From positions 1 to 43,740 of the forward strand of contig DATCLE010000224.1 of NCBI GenBank assembly GCA_036564075.1: a DNA stretch of 43,740 bases, read 5' to 3'. The notes beneath the pieces were generated by a model, which did not search any database, was not told the origin of the DNA, and saw only the letters and a program-made list of their open reading frames with translations. A program made the translations under genes and the position numbers. Shown here one piece after another: positions 16,279 through 25,240 of the stretch. Origin of the DNA: Dehalococcoidia bacterium. Its GTDB lineage: Bacteria > Chloroflexota > Dehalococcoidia > DATCLE01. The first letter of the stretch is position 1. Each line of letters starts with the position of its first letter.

Positions 16279-16698
16279 ATGGAGATCCAGCGCGTGATCC
16301 GGCTCCTGCGGCGCGGCGAACGGGGCCAGAGCCTGGTGGAGTTCGCCCTGGTGCTGCCGCTGTTCCTGATCCTGGTCTTCGGGATCGTGGACTTCGGCAA
16401 CGCCCTCCAGGACTACATCACCCTCAGCAACGCCGCGCGGGAGGGCGCCCGCCTGGGCGTCACCGGCGTGCCGGAGGCCACCATCCGCCAGCGGACGCTG
16501 GACACCGCGGCCGCGGTGGGCGGGCCGGTGACGGTCACCGTAACCAACGCCTGCGGCCAGGTGGGCCAGTCCCTGCGGGTGCAGGCCCGATACACCTACC
16601 AGCCCATCACGCCGCTGGGCTCGTTCATCGCGGGCATCAGCGGCGGCATCCCGCTGTCGGTCTCGGCGGACATGCGCCTGGAGAAGACCGGCTGCTGA
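16279..16698 (+). CDS. tadE: TadE-like pseudopilin
   Basis: N-terminus RGERGQSLVEFALVLPLFLILVFGIVDFG, the TadE-like domain signature. ATG 16279 follows GGAGGCAGGC. Confidence 0.8.
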   Translation: MEIQRVIRLLRRGERGQSLVEFALVLPLFLILVFGIVDFGNALQDYITLSNAAREGARLGVTGVPEATIRQRTLDTAAAVGGPVTVTVTNACGQVGQSLRVQARYTYQPITPLGSFIAGISGGIPLSVSADMRLEKTGC

Positions 16699-16719
16699 CC
16701 TGGTGAGGAGGGTCCGTCC

Positions 16720-17817
16720 ATGAGCAGGTTCGCCAAACTCCACCGCGGCGAGCGCGGGCAGGTCCTGGTGCTCACGGCCATCACCTTCGTGGCGCTCCTG
16801 GGCATGACCGGGCTGGCTACGGACGTGGGCATGCTCATGAAGACCCGCAGGGACCTGCAGAACGCCGCGGACGCCGCGGCCTTCGCGGCGGTGCAGGAGC
16901 TGCCCGGGTGCCACAACCGGACCGCCGCAGAGGGTGCGGCGGTCCAGTGGGTGGAGAAGAACCATCCCGTGGCGGAACCGGCAAAGCAGATCAGCGTGAC
17001 GGTCGATAATTCCGGTGGGTACCCGTGCGATACGGTGCGGGTGACGGTGCGGGACACGTCAAACGTGTTCTTCCTGCGGGCGCTGGGGGTCGCATCGCCG
17101 GAGGTGGACGCCACGGCGGCGGCGCGGATCACCAGCCTCCAGGGCACCAACCGGCTGATGCCTTGGGGCCTGACCCGGGACAACAGCGACTGCCTGAACA
17201 CGGGCACCAACCCGCCCACGCCGAAGTTCGGCTCTAGTTGCACGGTGAAGGTGGGTGCGGGCGACGGCAGCAGCGGCGACTACGGCGCGCTGGACTTCGA
17301 CGGCAACGGCGGCGGGTCCAGCGAGTACCGGGAGAACATCATCGACGGGACCACGGAGCGGACGTACCGCGTTGGGGACCGGACGGACACCCTGACCGGC
17401 AACCGGACCGGCCCCACGGACGAGGGCATCGACACCCGGCTGGACGGGGAGACCGAAGGCGACAACGCCGCCTGCGACAAGGATGGGGACGGCGACCACG
17501 AGTTCTGGGAGATCTTCACGGACCTGGGGGCGGGCCGGCAGCCGCGCTACATCGTCAACGAGGCGTGCCAGGACAGCCCGCGGCTGGGCGTGGTCCCCAT
17601 TGTGGACCAGATTAACTCGCCGCAGCAGTCCACCATCCTGGGCTGGGCCCTCATGTACCTGGAGGGCTACAAGTGCGTGGGCGGCGGCGGCAACTGCATC
17701 GGCAAGGGCCACTGGGAGGTCCGGATGACCATGGTGGACGCCATCTGGTCGGACCTGGACGGGATCTTCGGGACCTTCAAGCCGGGGACGCCGTCCCGGC
17801 GGGAGCTGATCCAGTAA
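16720..17817 (+). CDS. TadG-like / Tad_N family pilus assembly protein
   Basis: N-terminus HRGERGQVLVLTAITFVALLGMTGLATDVGMLMKTRRDLQNAADAAAFAA is typical of TadE/G-like Tad_N domains. The acidic DGETEGDNAACDKDGDGDHEF segment is present and no obvious VWA domain is. GAGGAGGG lies 8 nt before the ATG. Confidence 0.75.
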   Translation: MSRFAKLHRGERGQVLVLTAITFVALLGMTGLATDVGMLMKTRRDLQNAADAAAFAAVQELPGCHNRTAAEGAAVQWVEKNHPVAEPAKQISVTVDNSGGYPCDTVRVTVRDTSNVFFLRALGVASPEVDATAAARITSLQGTNRLMPWGLTRDNSDCLNTGTNPPTPKFGSSCTVKVGAGDGSSGDYGALDFDGNGGGSSEYRENIIDGTTERTYRVGDRTDTLTGNRTGPTDEGIDTRLDGETEGDNAACDKDGDGDHEFWEIFTDLGAGRQPRYIVNEACQDSPRLGVVPIVDQINSPQQSTILGWALMYLEGYKCVGGGGNCIGKGHWEVRMTMVDAIWSDLDGIFGTFKPGTPSRRELIQ

Positions 17818-17859
17818 CCGCACCCGGAGGGACCCGGGGGAGCGCAGCAAAGGAGAACA

Positions 17860-18705
17860 GTGGGTATGGCTCGAAGTGCATCGCGCGCGGCGGGTGTCCG
17901 GTCCAACAGGAGCATGCTCTTGCTGGCACTGCTCCTGGGCCTGATCAGCGCCGTGCTGGTGTTCGTCTACCTCAACCAGGCCGGCACCGCCACGGTGAGC
18001 GGCGATACGGTGCGGGTGGTGGTGGCGGAGCGGGACATCCCGGCGCGCACCCGCATTGACGCGGGGATGCTGACCACGCGGTCCATCCCCGCCGGGGCCC
18101 GGCTGCCGCAGGCCTACGTGGAGCCCAGCGAGGTGGTGGGCAAGATCGCCCGCTACCCCATCACAGCGGGCGAGCAGGTGCTGACCACCAAGGTGGCGGC
18201 CCAGGACCGCTGGCTGGGCATCTCCTACGTGGTGCCCCAGGGCTACCGCGCCATGGCGGTCCGCGTGGATGAGGTGGTGGCCGCGGGCGGCATGGTGCTG
18301 CCCGGCGACCGGGTAGACGTGCTGGCCACCTGGAGGGCACCGTCCTCCCAGGCGCAGCGGGACTCCGGCGCGGAGGCCTACGTCACCATCCTGGTGGCGC
18401 AGAACGTGGAGGTGCTGGCGGTGGCGCAGACCATCGCGGACGTGCCGCCGCCCTCCGTGGAGGACCAGGGCGACGGCTCCGCGCCCAGCGGCGGTGACCG
18501 CTCCGACGGCGTGCTGGTGCCGGACGGCCAGCCCATACCGGAGGCGGTCACGGTCACCCTGGCCCTGCGGCCGGACGACGCCCAGCGGGTGTTCATGTCT
18601 GATGAGCAGGCCGTGATCCGGTTGCTGGTGCGGCCCTTCGGCGACACCAGTGACCTGAACCTGCCGCCGATGCCGAACGACGCGGCGGCGCTCCAGACAC
18701 CCTAA
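17860..18705 (+). CDS. cpaB: Flp pilus assembly protein CpaB/RcpC
   Basis: N-terminal TM (LLLALLLGLISAVLVFVYL), then a SAF-like domain (VVVAERDIPARTRIDAGMLT...ITAGEQVL) and an RcpC-type beta-clip. The start is either GTG 17860 or ATG 17866, after AAGGAGA. Confidence 0.85.
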   Translation: MGMARSASRAAGVRSNRSMLLLALLLGLISAVLVFVYLNQAGTATVSGDTVRVVVAERDIPARTRIDAGMLTTRSIPAGARLPQAYVEPSEVVGKIARYPITAGEQVLTTKVAAQDRWLGISYVVPQGYRAMAVRVDEVVAAGGMVLPGDRVDVLATWRAPSSQAQRDSGAEAYVTILVAQNVEVLAVAQTIADVPPPSVEDQGDGSAPSGGDRSDGVLVPDGQPIPEAVTVTLALRPDDAQRVFMSDEQAVIRLLVRPFGDTSDLNLPPMPNDAAALQTP

Positions 18706-18737
18706 CCTGACGAATCTGGGCCAGAAGGGATAGCTCG

Positions 18738-19949
18738 ATGTCCAGGAACTTGCAGGTCATCATTGTGGATCAGGACGTCAACGGGCGCGCGGACCTCCAG
18801 CGCATCGTGAGCTTCGCGCACTTCGCTGTCGTTGGGGAGGCGGGGTACGGCATCGAGGCTGTCAGCCTGGCGAAGGAAGTGGGGCCGGACGTGGTCCTCC
18901 TCTCCGTGGAGGAGCCCGTGGCCCGCGCCCTCCAGACCATCGAGTCGCTGGTGGCGGCGCTGCCGGAGGTGCCCATCATCGCCTACTCGTCGCTGAGCGA
19001 CGCGGGCTCCGTCCGGCGGGCCATGCTCTCCGGCGCGCGGGACTACCTGGTGACGCCCATCCGGCCGGACGAGCTGGTCCGCTCCGTGGCCTCCGTCATG
19101 GAGCAGGAGGAGCGGCGGCGCATGCGGCTCACGGGCGAGCTGAAGGCGGTGGACCGGTCGCCCGGCGGCGCCGTGCGGGGGACGGTGATCACCGTCTTCG
19201 GCGCCAAGGGCGGCATTGGGAAGACCACCATCTCCAGCAACCTCTCCACGGCGCTGGCCCAGTGGACGGGCCAGTCCGTGGTGCTGGTGGACCTGGACAC
19301 GCGCTTCGGCGACGTGGCCATCATGATGGACGCGCCCATTGAGACCACCATTGTGGACCTGGCGCGGGACCTGGACCACGTGGACCGGGAGACGGTCCGC
19401 TCCTACCTGGTGGAGCACCCCAGCGGCGTCACCATCCTGCCGGCGCCGCGCCACCCCAGCGAGTGGCGGCACATCGGGCCGGAGCACATCGAACGGATCG
19501 TCTCGCTCCTGGCCTCGTGCTTCGACTACGTGGTGCTGGACACGCCGGGCACCTTCAATGAGATCGTGGCCACGGCGCTGGAGCTAGGCAGCCTGGTGCT
19601 GCTGGTGACCAGCATGGACCTGGCCAGCATCAAGGATACGGCGCTGGCGCTGGACATGCTCCAGTCCTGGGACTTCCAGCAGGACAAGGTGAAGCTGCTC
19701 ATCAACCACGTGAACGCGGCCAACACCATCCGCGAGGACGACGTAGCCAGCGCCCTGGACTACGACATCTTCTGGCGGATCCCGTACGACCCTACGGTCT
19801 GCAACACCACACAGCTAGGCCAGCCGATGGTCATCAGCAAGCCGGGGTCCCGGGTCTCCCAGAGCCTCATCGACCTGGCGTGCACCATCAGCGGCGCCAA
19901 GCGACCGAAGATCCAGAAAGGGCTCCTGGGGCGGCTGATGAGCCGCTAG
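18738..19949 (+). CDS. cpaE: CpaE/TadZ: atypical receiver domain fused to a MinD/ParA-type ATPase
   Basis: Deviant Walker A FGAKGGIGKTTISSNLS. The N-terminal receiver-like fold lacks the phospho-acceptor Asp (PDVVLLSVEEP) and the conserved Lys (DYLVTPI). Confidence 0.85.
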   Translation: MSRNLQVIIVDQDVNGRADLQRIVSFAHFAVVGEAGYGIEAVSLAKEVGPDVVLLSVEEPVARALQTIESLVAALPEVPIIAYSSLSDAGSVRRAMLSGARDYLVTPIRPDELVRSVASVMEQEERRRMRLTGELKAVDRSPGGAVRGTVITVFGAKGGIGKTTISSNLSTALAQWTGQSVVLVDLDTRFGDVAIMMDAPIETTIVDLARDLDHVDRETVRSYLVEHPSGVTILPAPRHPSEWRHIGPEHIERIVSLLASCFDYVVLDTPGTFNEIVATALELGSLVLLVTSMDLASIKDTALALDMLQSWDFQQDKVKLLINHVNAANTIREDDVASALDYDIFWRIPYDPTVCNTTQLGQPMVISKPGSRVSQSLIDLACTISGAKRPKIQKGLLGRLMSR

Positions 19950-19974
19950 GGCATGTGAGAGCAGGGACGCGACC

Positions 19975-21510
19975 ATGAGCGACTTGGGTTCCTTCCGCAA
20001 CAGCCGCTTCGGCGTGGGGCCGGGCTTCGAGCCGCGGCGCGGCCGGGAGGGGGCGCCGCCCCCGCCGCTCCGGCGCCAGGGGCCGCCCGTGCCGCCCGCC
20101 GGGCCGCCCTACGTGCCCCCGGAGGAGACGCCCCCCGGCGGGGCGCCGCCCTCCGGCCAGCAGCCCGCCCCGCCGCCGCCGGCGCCGGAGCCCCCGCCCC
20201 GACCGGTCGGGGCGCGGCCCGGCATGCGGGTGCCGGACGGGCTGGACGACCTGAAGGTCCGCATCCACCAGCGCCTCATTGAGGACCTGGACCTGGACCG
20301 GCTCCAGGGCCTGGAGCCGGAGCGCGCGCGGGAGGTCCTCTACAACGCCATCCGCACGCTGCTGACGGCGGAGGGGGCCAACGTGCCCGGCGTCCTCCGG
20401 GACGAGCTGGTGAAGGCCGTGGCGGACGAGGTGCTGGGCCTGGGCCCGCTGGAGCCGCTCCTGGCGGACCCGTCCATCACGGAGATCATGGTGAACGCCC
20501 CAGACGAGGTCTTCTACGAGCGGGAGGGCAAGCTGGAGCGTAGCGCCATCCGGTTCCGGGACGCGGCCCACGTCATGCGCATCATCGACCGCATCGTCTC
20601 GCCGCTGGGGCGGCGGGTGGACGAGTCCTCGCCCATGGTGGACGCCCGGCTGCCGGACGGCTCGCGCGTGAACATCGTCATCCCGCCGGTGGCGCCCAAG
20701 GCGCCCTCCATCAGCATCCGGAAGTTCCGGCAGGACAAGCTGAAGATTGAGGACCTCATCAACGTGGGGAGCATGACGCAGGAACTGGCGGACTTCATCA
20801 ACGCCTGCGTCAAGGGCAAGCTGAACATCCTCATCTCCGGCGGTACCGGCACCGGTAAGACCACCCTGCTGAACGCGCTCTCCGCGGCCATCCCCAACGA
20901 CGAGCGGATCGTCACCATTGAGGACCCCACGGAGCTGAAGCTCCAGCAGGAGCACGTGGTGAGCCTGGAGGCACGGCCGCCCAGCATTGAGGGCAAGCAC
21001 GAGATCACCCAGCGGGACCTGGTGCGGAACGCCCTCCGAATGCGGCCGGACCGCATCATCGTGGGCGAGGTCCGCGGCTCGGAGGCGTTCGACATGCTCC
21101 AGGCCATGAACACGGGCCATGAGGGCTCCATCAGCACCATCCACGCCAACTCGCCGCGGGACGCGCTGGCCCGGCTGGAGAACATGGTGCTCATGGCCAA
21201 CCTAGACCTGCCGGTCCGCGCCATCCGGGAGCAGGTCTCCTCCGCGCTGGACCTGATCATCCAGGTGTCCCGCCACAGCGACGGCGGCCGGCGCGTGACC
21301 CACGTGACGGAAGTGGTGGGCATGGAGGGAGACACCATCACGTTGCAGGACATCTTCCTCTTCTACCAGGAGGGGGTGGACCCGGAGGACGGGAAGATCC
21401 TGGGCCAGTTCCGGCCCACGGGGATCCGCCCCACCTTCATGGAGAAGCTGGAGCGGAACGGGATCCACCTCCCCAATGAGGTGTTCGGCGCCGGGAGGTG
21501 GGTGGCATGA
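19975..21510 (+). CDS. cpaF: CpaF/TadA type IV secretion-family pilus ATPase with a Pro-rich N-terminal extension
   Basis: Walker A ISGGTGTGKTTLLNAL, Asp/His boxes RIVTIEDPTELKL and VGEVRGSEAFDMLQAMNTGHEGSISTIHANS. The first 85 aa or so are Pro/Gly-rich. Confidence 0.92.
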   Translation: MSDLGSFRNSRFGVGPGFEPRRGREGAPPPPLRRQGPPVPPAGPPYVPPEETPPGGAPPSGQQPAPPPPAPEPPPRPVGARPGMRVPDGLDDLKVRIHQRLIEDLDLDRLQGLEPERAREVLYNAIRTLLTAEGANVPGVLRDELVKAVADEVLGLGPLEPLLADPSITEIMVNAPDEVFYEREGKLERSAIRFRDAAHVMRIIDRIVSPLGRRVDESSPMVDARLPDGSRVNIVIPPVAPKAPSISIRKFRQDKLKIEDLINVGSMTQELADFINACVKGKLNILISGGTGTGKTTLLNALSAAIPNDERIVTIEDPTELKLQQEHVVSLEARPPSIEGKHEITQRDLVRNALRMRPDRIIVGEVRGSEAFDMLQAMNTGHEGSISTIHANSPRDALARLENMVLMANLDLPVRAIREQVSSALDLIIQVSRHSDGGRRVTHVTEVVGMEGDTITLQDIFLFYQEGVDPEDGKILGQFRPTGIRPTFMEKLERNGIHLPNEVFGAGRWVA

Positions 21511-22481
21511 CGCTGGTTCCTATGTTGGCGGCCCTGACGGTGGCGGGCGCCGTGGTCTGCTTCATCCTGGCCATGGTGGGCCGGGGGGAGCGGGAGCAGG
21601 CGCTGGAGCGGCTGCTGGGTGCCCACGGTGTGGGCGCACCGGGGGGCGGCTCCAGCTTCCAGCAGATGTCCGTGGCGCTGCGCCGGCGCTCCATGAGCGC
21701 GCTGCCGGTGCTGAACGCCCTGCTCGCCCGCAGCGAGTGGGCGGAGCGCGTGGCGCTGGACCTGGAGCGCGCCGAACTGCGGCTGAAGGTGGGCGAGTAC
21801 CTGCTGATCCGCGGGCTCTTCGCCTTCCTGGCGGGCATGGTGACCCTGTTGCTGAGCCAGGTGCTGCTGCTGGGCCTGGTGGTGGGCGTTGCTGCCTACT
21901 TCCTGCCGCCTTTCTACCTCCGGCGGCGCCGTCAGCGGCGGATGGACCGGCTGGACCGGCAGCTCCCGGAGTTCCTGACCCTGGTCTCCAACGCGCTGAA
22001 GGCGGGCTTCGGGCTCATGCAGGGGCTGGACAACGCGGCGGATCAGCTGGACCCGCCCATCTCCGTGGAGCTGCGGCGCACCCTGCGGGACATCGCCATC
22101 GGCGCCAGCGTGGAGGACGCCCTCACCGCGCTGAACGACCGGGTAGGCAGCAAGGACCTGGACATTGTGGTCACGGCCATCCTGGTGCAGCGCACCGCGG
22201 GCGGCAACCTCTCAGAGGTGCTGGACACCACGGCGCACACCATCCGGGAGCGGGACCGCATCAAGGGCGAGATCAAGACGCTCACGTCCCAGCAGATGCT
22301 CACCGGCTACGTGCTGGGGGTGCTGCCGGTGGGCATGGCCGTCCTGCTGGCCGTCATCAGCCGGGAGTACATGGAGCCCCTGTTCACCACCACCCTGGGC
22401 CACATGCTCATTGCCGGCGCGGTGGTGATGGACATCATCGGCTTCGTGGTGATCCGGAAGATCCTGAACATCGAAGTCTAG
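21507..22481 (+). CDS. tadB: TadB (T2SS-F family inner-membrane platform protein)
   Basis: T2SSF motif LPEFLTLVSNALKAGFGLMQGLDNAA plus TM helices. ATG 21507 overlaps the cpaF stop (ATGA) and follows GGGAGGTG. The track start is 21498. Confidence 0.85.
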   Translation: MTLVPMLAALTVAGAVVCFILAMVGRGEREQALERLLGAHGVGAPGGGSSFQQMSVALRRRSMSALPVLNALLARSEWAERVALDLERAELRLKVGEYLLIRGLFAFLAGMVTLLLSQVLLLGLVVGVAAYFLPPFYLRRRRQRRMDRLDRQLPEFLTLVSNALKAGFGLMQGLDNAADQLDPPISVELRRTLRDIAIGASVEDALTALNDRVGSKDLDIVVTAILVQRTAGGNLSEVLDTTAHTIRERDRIKGEIKTLTSQQMLTGYVLGVLPVGMAVLLAVISREYMEPLFTTTLGHMLIAGAVVMDIIGFVVIRKILNIEV

Positions 22482-22491
22482 CGAGGCAGAG

Positions 22492-23406
22492 ATGCTGACC
22501 GTGCTCATCCCCCTGACGGTCTTCGCCACCGTGGTGACGCTGGTGACGGCGCTGAGCGGCCGCCGCCAGCCCTCGGCGCTGGAACGGCTGAACGTCTACC
22601 GGGCGTCCGCCGCGGCGGCGGAGTTGCCGCCGGAGGTGACGGATCCCTTCGCGGAGCGGATGGTGTGGCCGGTGCTGGAGGGGCTGGCGGACCGGCTGGC
22701 GGCGCTGCTGCCGTCCAGCCTGCTGGAGCGGCTGGACGAGCAGCTCACGCGGGCGGGCCGGCCCATGGGGCTGCGCGGGCTCCTGCTGCTGTGGACCGCC
22801 TCCGCCCTGGCGCTGCCGGCCGTCATCCTGCTGGCGCTGCTGGTCTCCGGGGCGGCGCTGGACAGCCTGGGGCGCATCCTGGTGGTGGTGACCATCGGGC
22901 TGGGGGCGGCGGCGCCGTACGTCTGGCTGAACGGCCGGGTGACGCGGCGGCAGCAGGCCGTTGTGCGGAGTCTGCCGGACGCCCTGGACATGGTGACCAC
23001 GTGCGTGGAGGCCGGGCTGGGCCTGGACGCCGCGCTCGCCCGGGTGGCCACGCGGACCCAGGGGCCGCTGGCGGAAGAGCTGACCCGCACGCTGCGGGAG
23101 ATCAACCTGGGGCGCCAGCGGCGCGAGGCGCTGCGGGACCTGGGCGACCGCACGGGCGTGACGGACCTCCAGACCTTCGTGAACGCCATCATCCAGGCGG
23201 AGCAGATGGGCGTCAGCGTTGGGCAGGTGCTCCGTGTGCAGTCGGACCAGATGCGCATCAAGCGGCGGCAGCGGGCGGAGCAGCAGGCGTACAAGGCGCC
23301 GGTGAAGATGATCTTCCCGCTGGTGCTGTTCATCTTCCCCTCGCTCTTCGTGGTCATCCTGGGGCCGGCGGCCATCGAAGTCTTCAGGACCTTCAGCTCC
23401 GGATGA
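22492..23406 (+). CDS. tadC: TadC (T2SS-F family inner-membrane platform protein)
   Basis: T2SSF motif LPDALDMVTTCVEAGLGLDAALARVA, and C-terminal TM helices IFPLVLFIFPSLFVVILGPA. Confidence 0.85.
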   Translation: MLTVLIPLTVFATVVTLVTALSGRRQPSALERLNVYRASAAAAELPPEVTDPFAERMVWPVLEGLADRLAALLPSSLLERLDEQLTRAGRPMGLRGLLLLWTASALALPAVILLALLVSGAALDSLGRILVVVTIGLGAAAPYVWLNGRVTRRQQAVVRSLPDALDMVTTCVEAGLGLDAALARVATRTQGPLAEELTRTLREINLGRQRREALRDLGDRTGVTDLQTFVNAIIQAEQMGVSVGQVLRVQSDQMRIKRRQRAEQQAYKAPVKMIFPLVLFIFPSLFVVILGPAAIEVFRTFSSG

Positions 23407-23765
23407 AGTCGGGACCGGTGCGCATCCTCAACGCCACGCGGGGCACAGACCTGGCCGCGGCGGCGGAGTGGGCGGCCAGCCCGGCCCGCCGCATGCGCGG
23501 GCTGCTGGGCCGCTCCTCGCTGCCGGAGGGCTGCGGCATGGTGCTCCAGCCATGCGGCTCCATCCACACCCTCTTCATGCGCTTCCCCATTGACGTCGCC
23601 TTCGTGGGCCGGGACGGCCGCGTGGTGAAGACCGTGCACGCGCTCCCGCCGTACCGGCTGGCGGCGGCCCGCGGCTCCCGGCTGTGCGTGGAGTTGCCGG
23701 CCGGCACGCTGGCCCGCTCCGGCACCCGCCCGGGCGACCTCCTGACCTTCGAGCCGGCGGCGTAA
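23403..23765 (+). CDS. DUF192 (COG1430) domain protein
   Basis: GLLGRSSLPEGCGMVLQPCGSIHTLFMRFPIDVAFVGRDGRVVKTV matches the DUF192 pattern (GLM.r..l....GmlF......fwMk.t..plDi.F.d.dg.v). The ATG overlaps the tadC stop (ATGA at 23403-23406). Confidence 0.75.
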   Translation: MKSGPVRILNATRGTDLAAAAEWAASPARRMRGLLGRSSLPEGCGMVLQPCGSIHTLFMRFPIDVAFVGRDGRVVKTVHALPPYRLAAARGSRLCVELPAGTLARSGTRPGDLLTFEPAA

Positions 23766-23905
23766 CCCCCCTCACCCCTTCCGCCGTGCCCCCGCGACCG
23801 GGCAACGCTCCTTGACAGAACGTCCGGCGCCGTTTCTCCCTGCGGCGGCGCAGGCGTAGAATAGGAGGGGGAACCGTACACCCGCCGGGGAAGGGAGGGC
23901 GCACG

Positions 23906-24637
23906 GTGGACGTTTCGGGCCCTGTGGGGCCGGTGCTGGCGGTCTGGGCGGGCGTCGTCTCGGTGGCGTCGCCCTGCGTCCTGCCGCTGGTCCCGGTGTA
24001 CCTGGCCCACCTGGCCGGCACCTCCGTGGCGGAGGGAGCGGACGGCTCCGCCCGCTGGCGGAACCTGAGCCACGCCCTGGCCTTCGTGGTGGGGTTCTCC
24101 GTCGTCTTCGTGGTGCTGGGCGCCTCCGTGGGGCTGGCGGGCTACGTGCTGCGGGACCACGTGCCCACCCTCAGCCGGGCGGCCGGCGTGCTGCTCATCT
24201 TCTTCGGGCTGCACGTGGCGGGCATCCTCAAGATCCCGGCCCTCCAGCGCACGTACGAGGTGGACCTGGGCCGGCGGCGGCGTGCCGGCTACGTACGGTC
24301 CTTCCTCATCGGCGCCGCGTTCTCGCTGGGGTGGACGCCGTGCGTGGGGCCCATCCTGGGCGGTATCCTCACGCTGGCCTACACCTCCGCCACCGTCTGG
24401 CACGGCACGCTGCTGCTGGTCTTCTACTCCGCCGGGCTGGCCCTGCCCTTCCTGCTGGCGGGGCTGGCGCTGGACCGCTCCACGGCCGCCATCCGGCGCG
24501 TGCGGCCGCTGCTGCCGGTGCTCTCCGGCGTCTCCGGCGCGCTGCTAGTGGCCGGCGGGGTGCTCATCTTCCTGGGGGAGTTCACGGTCCTGAACCAGTA
24601 CCTGGACTTCTTCGGCCTGGGCGCCCGGGGCGTGTAG
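23906..24637 (+). CDS. ccdA: Cytochrome c biogenesis / thiol-disulfide transfer membrane protein CcdA (DsbD family)
   Basis: First TM with SPCVLPLVPVYL, second conserved Cys in GWTPCVGPILGGIL, and six hydrophobic helices. GTG start after GGGAAGGGAGGG. Confidence 0.85.
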   Translation: MDVSGPVGPVLAVWAGVVSVASPCVLPLVPVYLAHLAGTSVAEGADGSARWRNLSHALAFVVGFSVVFVVLGASVGLAGYVLRDHVPTLSRAAGVLLIFFGLHVAGILKIPALQRTYEVDLGRRRRAGYVRSFLIGAAFSLGWTPCVGPILGGILTLAYTSATVWHGTLLLVFYSAGLALPFLLAGLALDRSTAAIRRVRPLLPVLSGVSGALLVAGGVLIFLGEFTVLNQYLDFFGLGARGV

Positions 24638-24648
24638 GCCGCCGCGGT

Positions 24649-24678
24649 TTGACCCCCCTCTCCGGGCAGGCGTAGAAT
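24649..24678 (+). promoter_or_regulatory. Candidate sigma-70 promoter (TTGACC-18 nt-TAGAAT)
   Basis: TTGACC at 24649-54 and TAGAAT at 24673-78, about 40 nt before ATG 24719. The -10 and flank are shared with a copy upstream of ccdA (23850-23869). Confidence 0.45.
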
Positions 24679-24718
24679 GGGAGGGACGGGCCAGGGTGCA
24701 CGCGCGGAAGGCGGCCCC

Positions 24719-25159
24719 ATGGAGCACGAGTACGGTGCCGACCTCCGGGAGATCTTCCAGGTCATCGACTCTGCCGAGGTCCTGGTAGTCCGGTTCGCCG
24801 TCATCGAGAAGCGGCTGCTGCTGGATGCTCGAACCGGCGCGGGCGAAGGCCCCCTCATCCAGCTGGTGCCGCCGGTAGGCTCCGCCGAGGAGCGGTTCCG
24901 TCACCTCAAGGCGCTCCGGCCGTCGCTGCCGCTGCCGGAACGGATCTTCACCTTCATGTGGCCCCGGCAGGTGGAGGGGCTCCAGGCCTCCGGCGTCTGG
25001 GGCCGCATCGTAGAGCGCCTGGTGCGGGCGGGCGGCCCGGCCATGGAGGAGCGCTGCCGGGCCGTCCTCCAGGAGCTGGCCGCCGCGGAGCGGGCGCAGA
25101 TGGTGGCGGCGGTGCGCGGCGGGCCGGGCTTCAAGTCGCTCTGGGAGCGGCAGGGCTGA
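24719..25159 (+). CDS. Hypothetical protein (146 aa)
   Basis: ATG 24719. Codons are GC3-rich and the sequence is non-repetitive (MEHEYGADLREIFQVIDSAEVLVVRFAVIEKRLLLD...). No family recognised. Confidence 0.5.
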   Translation: MEHEYGADLREIFQVIDSAEVLVVRFAVIEKRLLLDARTGAGEGPLIQLVPPVGSAEERFRHLKALRPSLPLPERIFTFMWPRQVEGLQASGVWGRIVERLVRAGGPAMEERCRAVLQELAAAERAQMVAAVRGGPGFKSLWERQG

Positions 25160-25240
25160 CGGCTGCTGCAGCCGTGCGCGGGCAACGCTGGGGGGCCGCC
25201 GGGTGCGGTCCTTTCTTGTACCGTCCGGGAGGGTCTGGCC

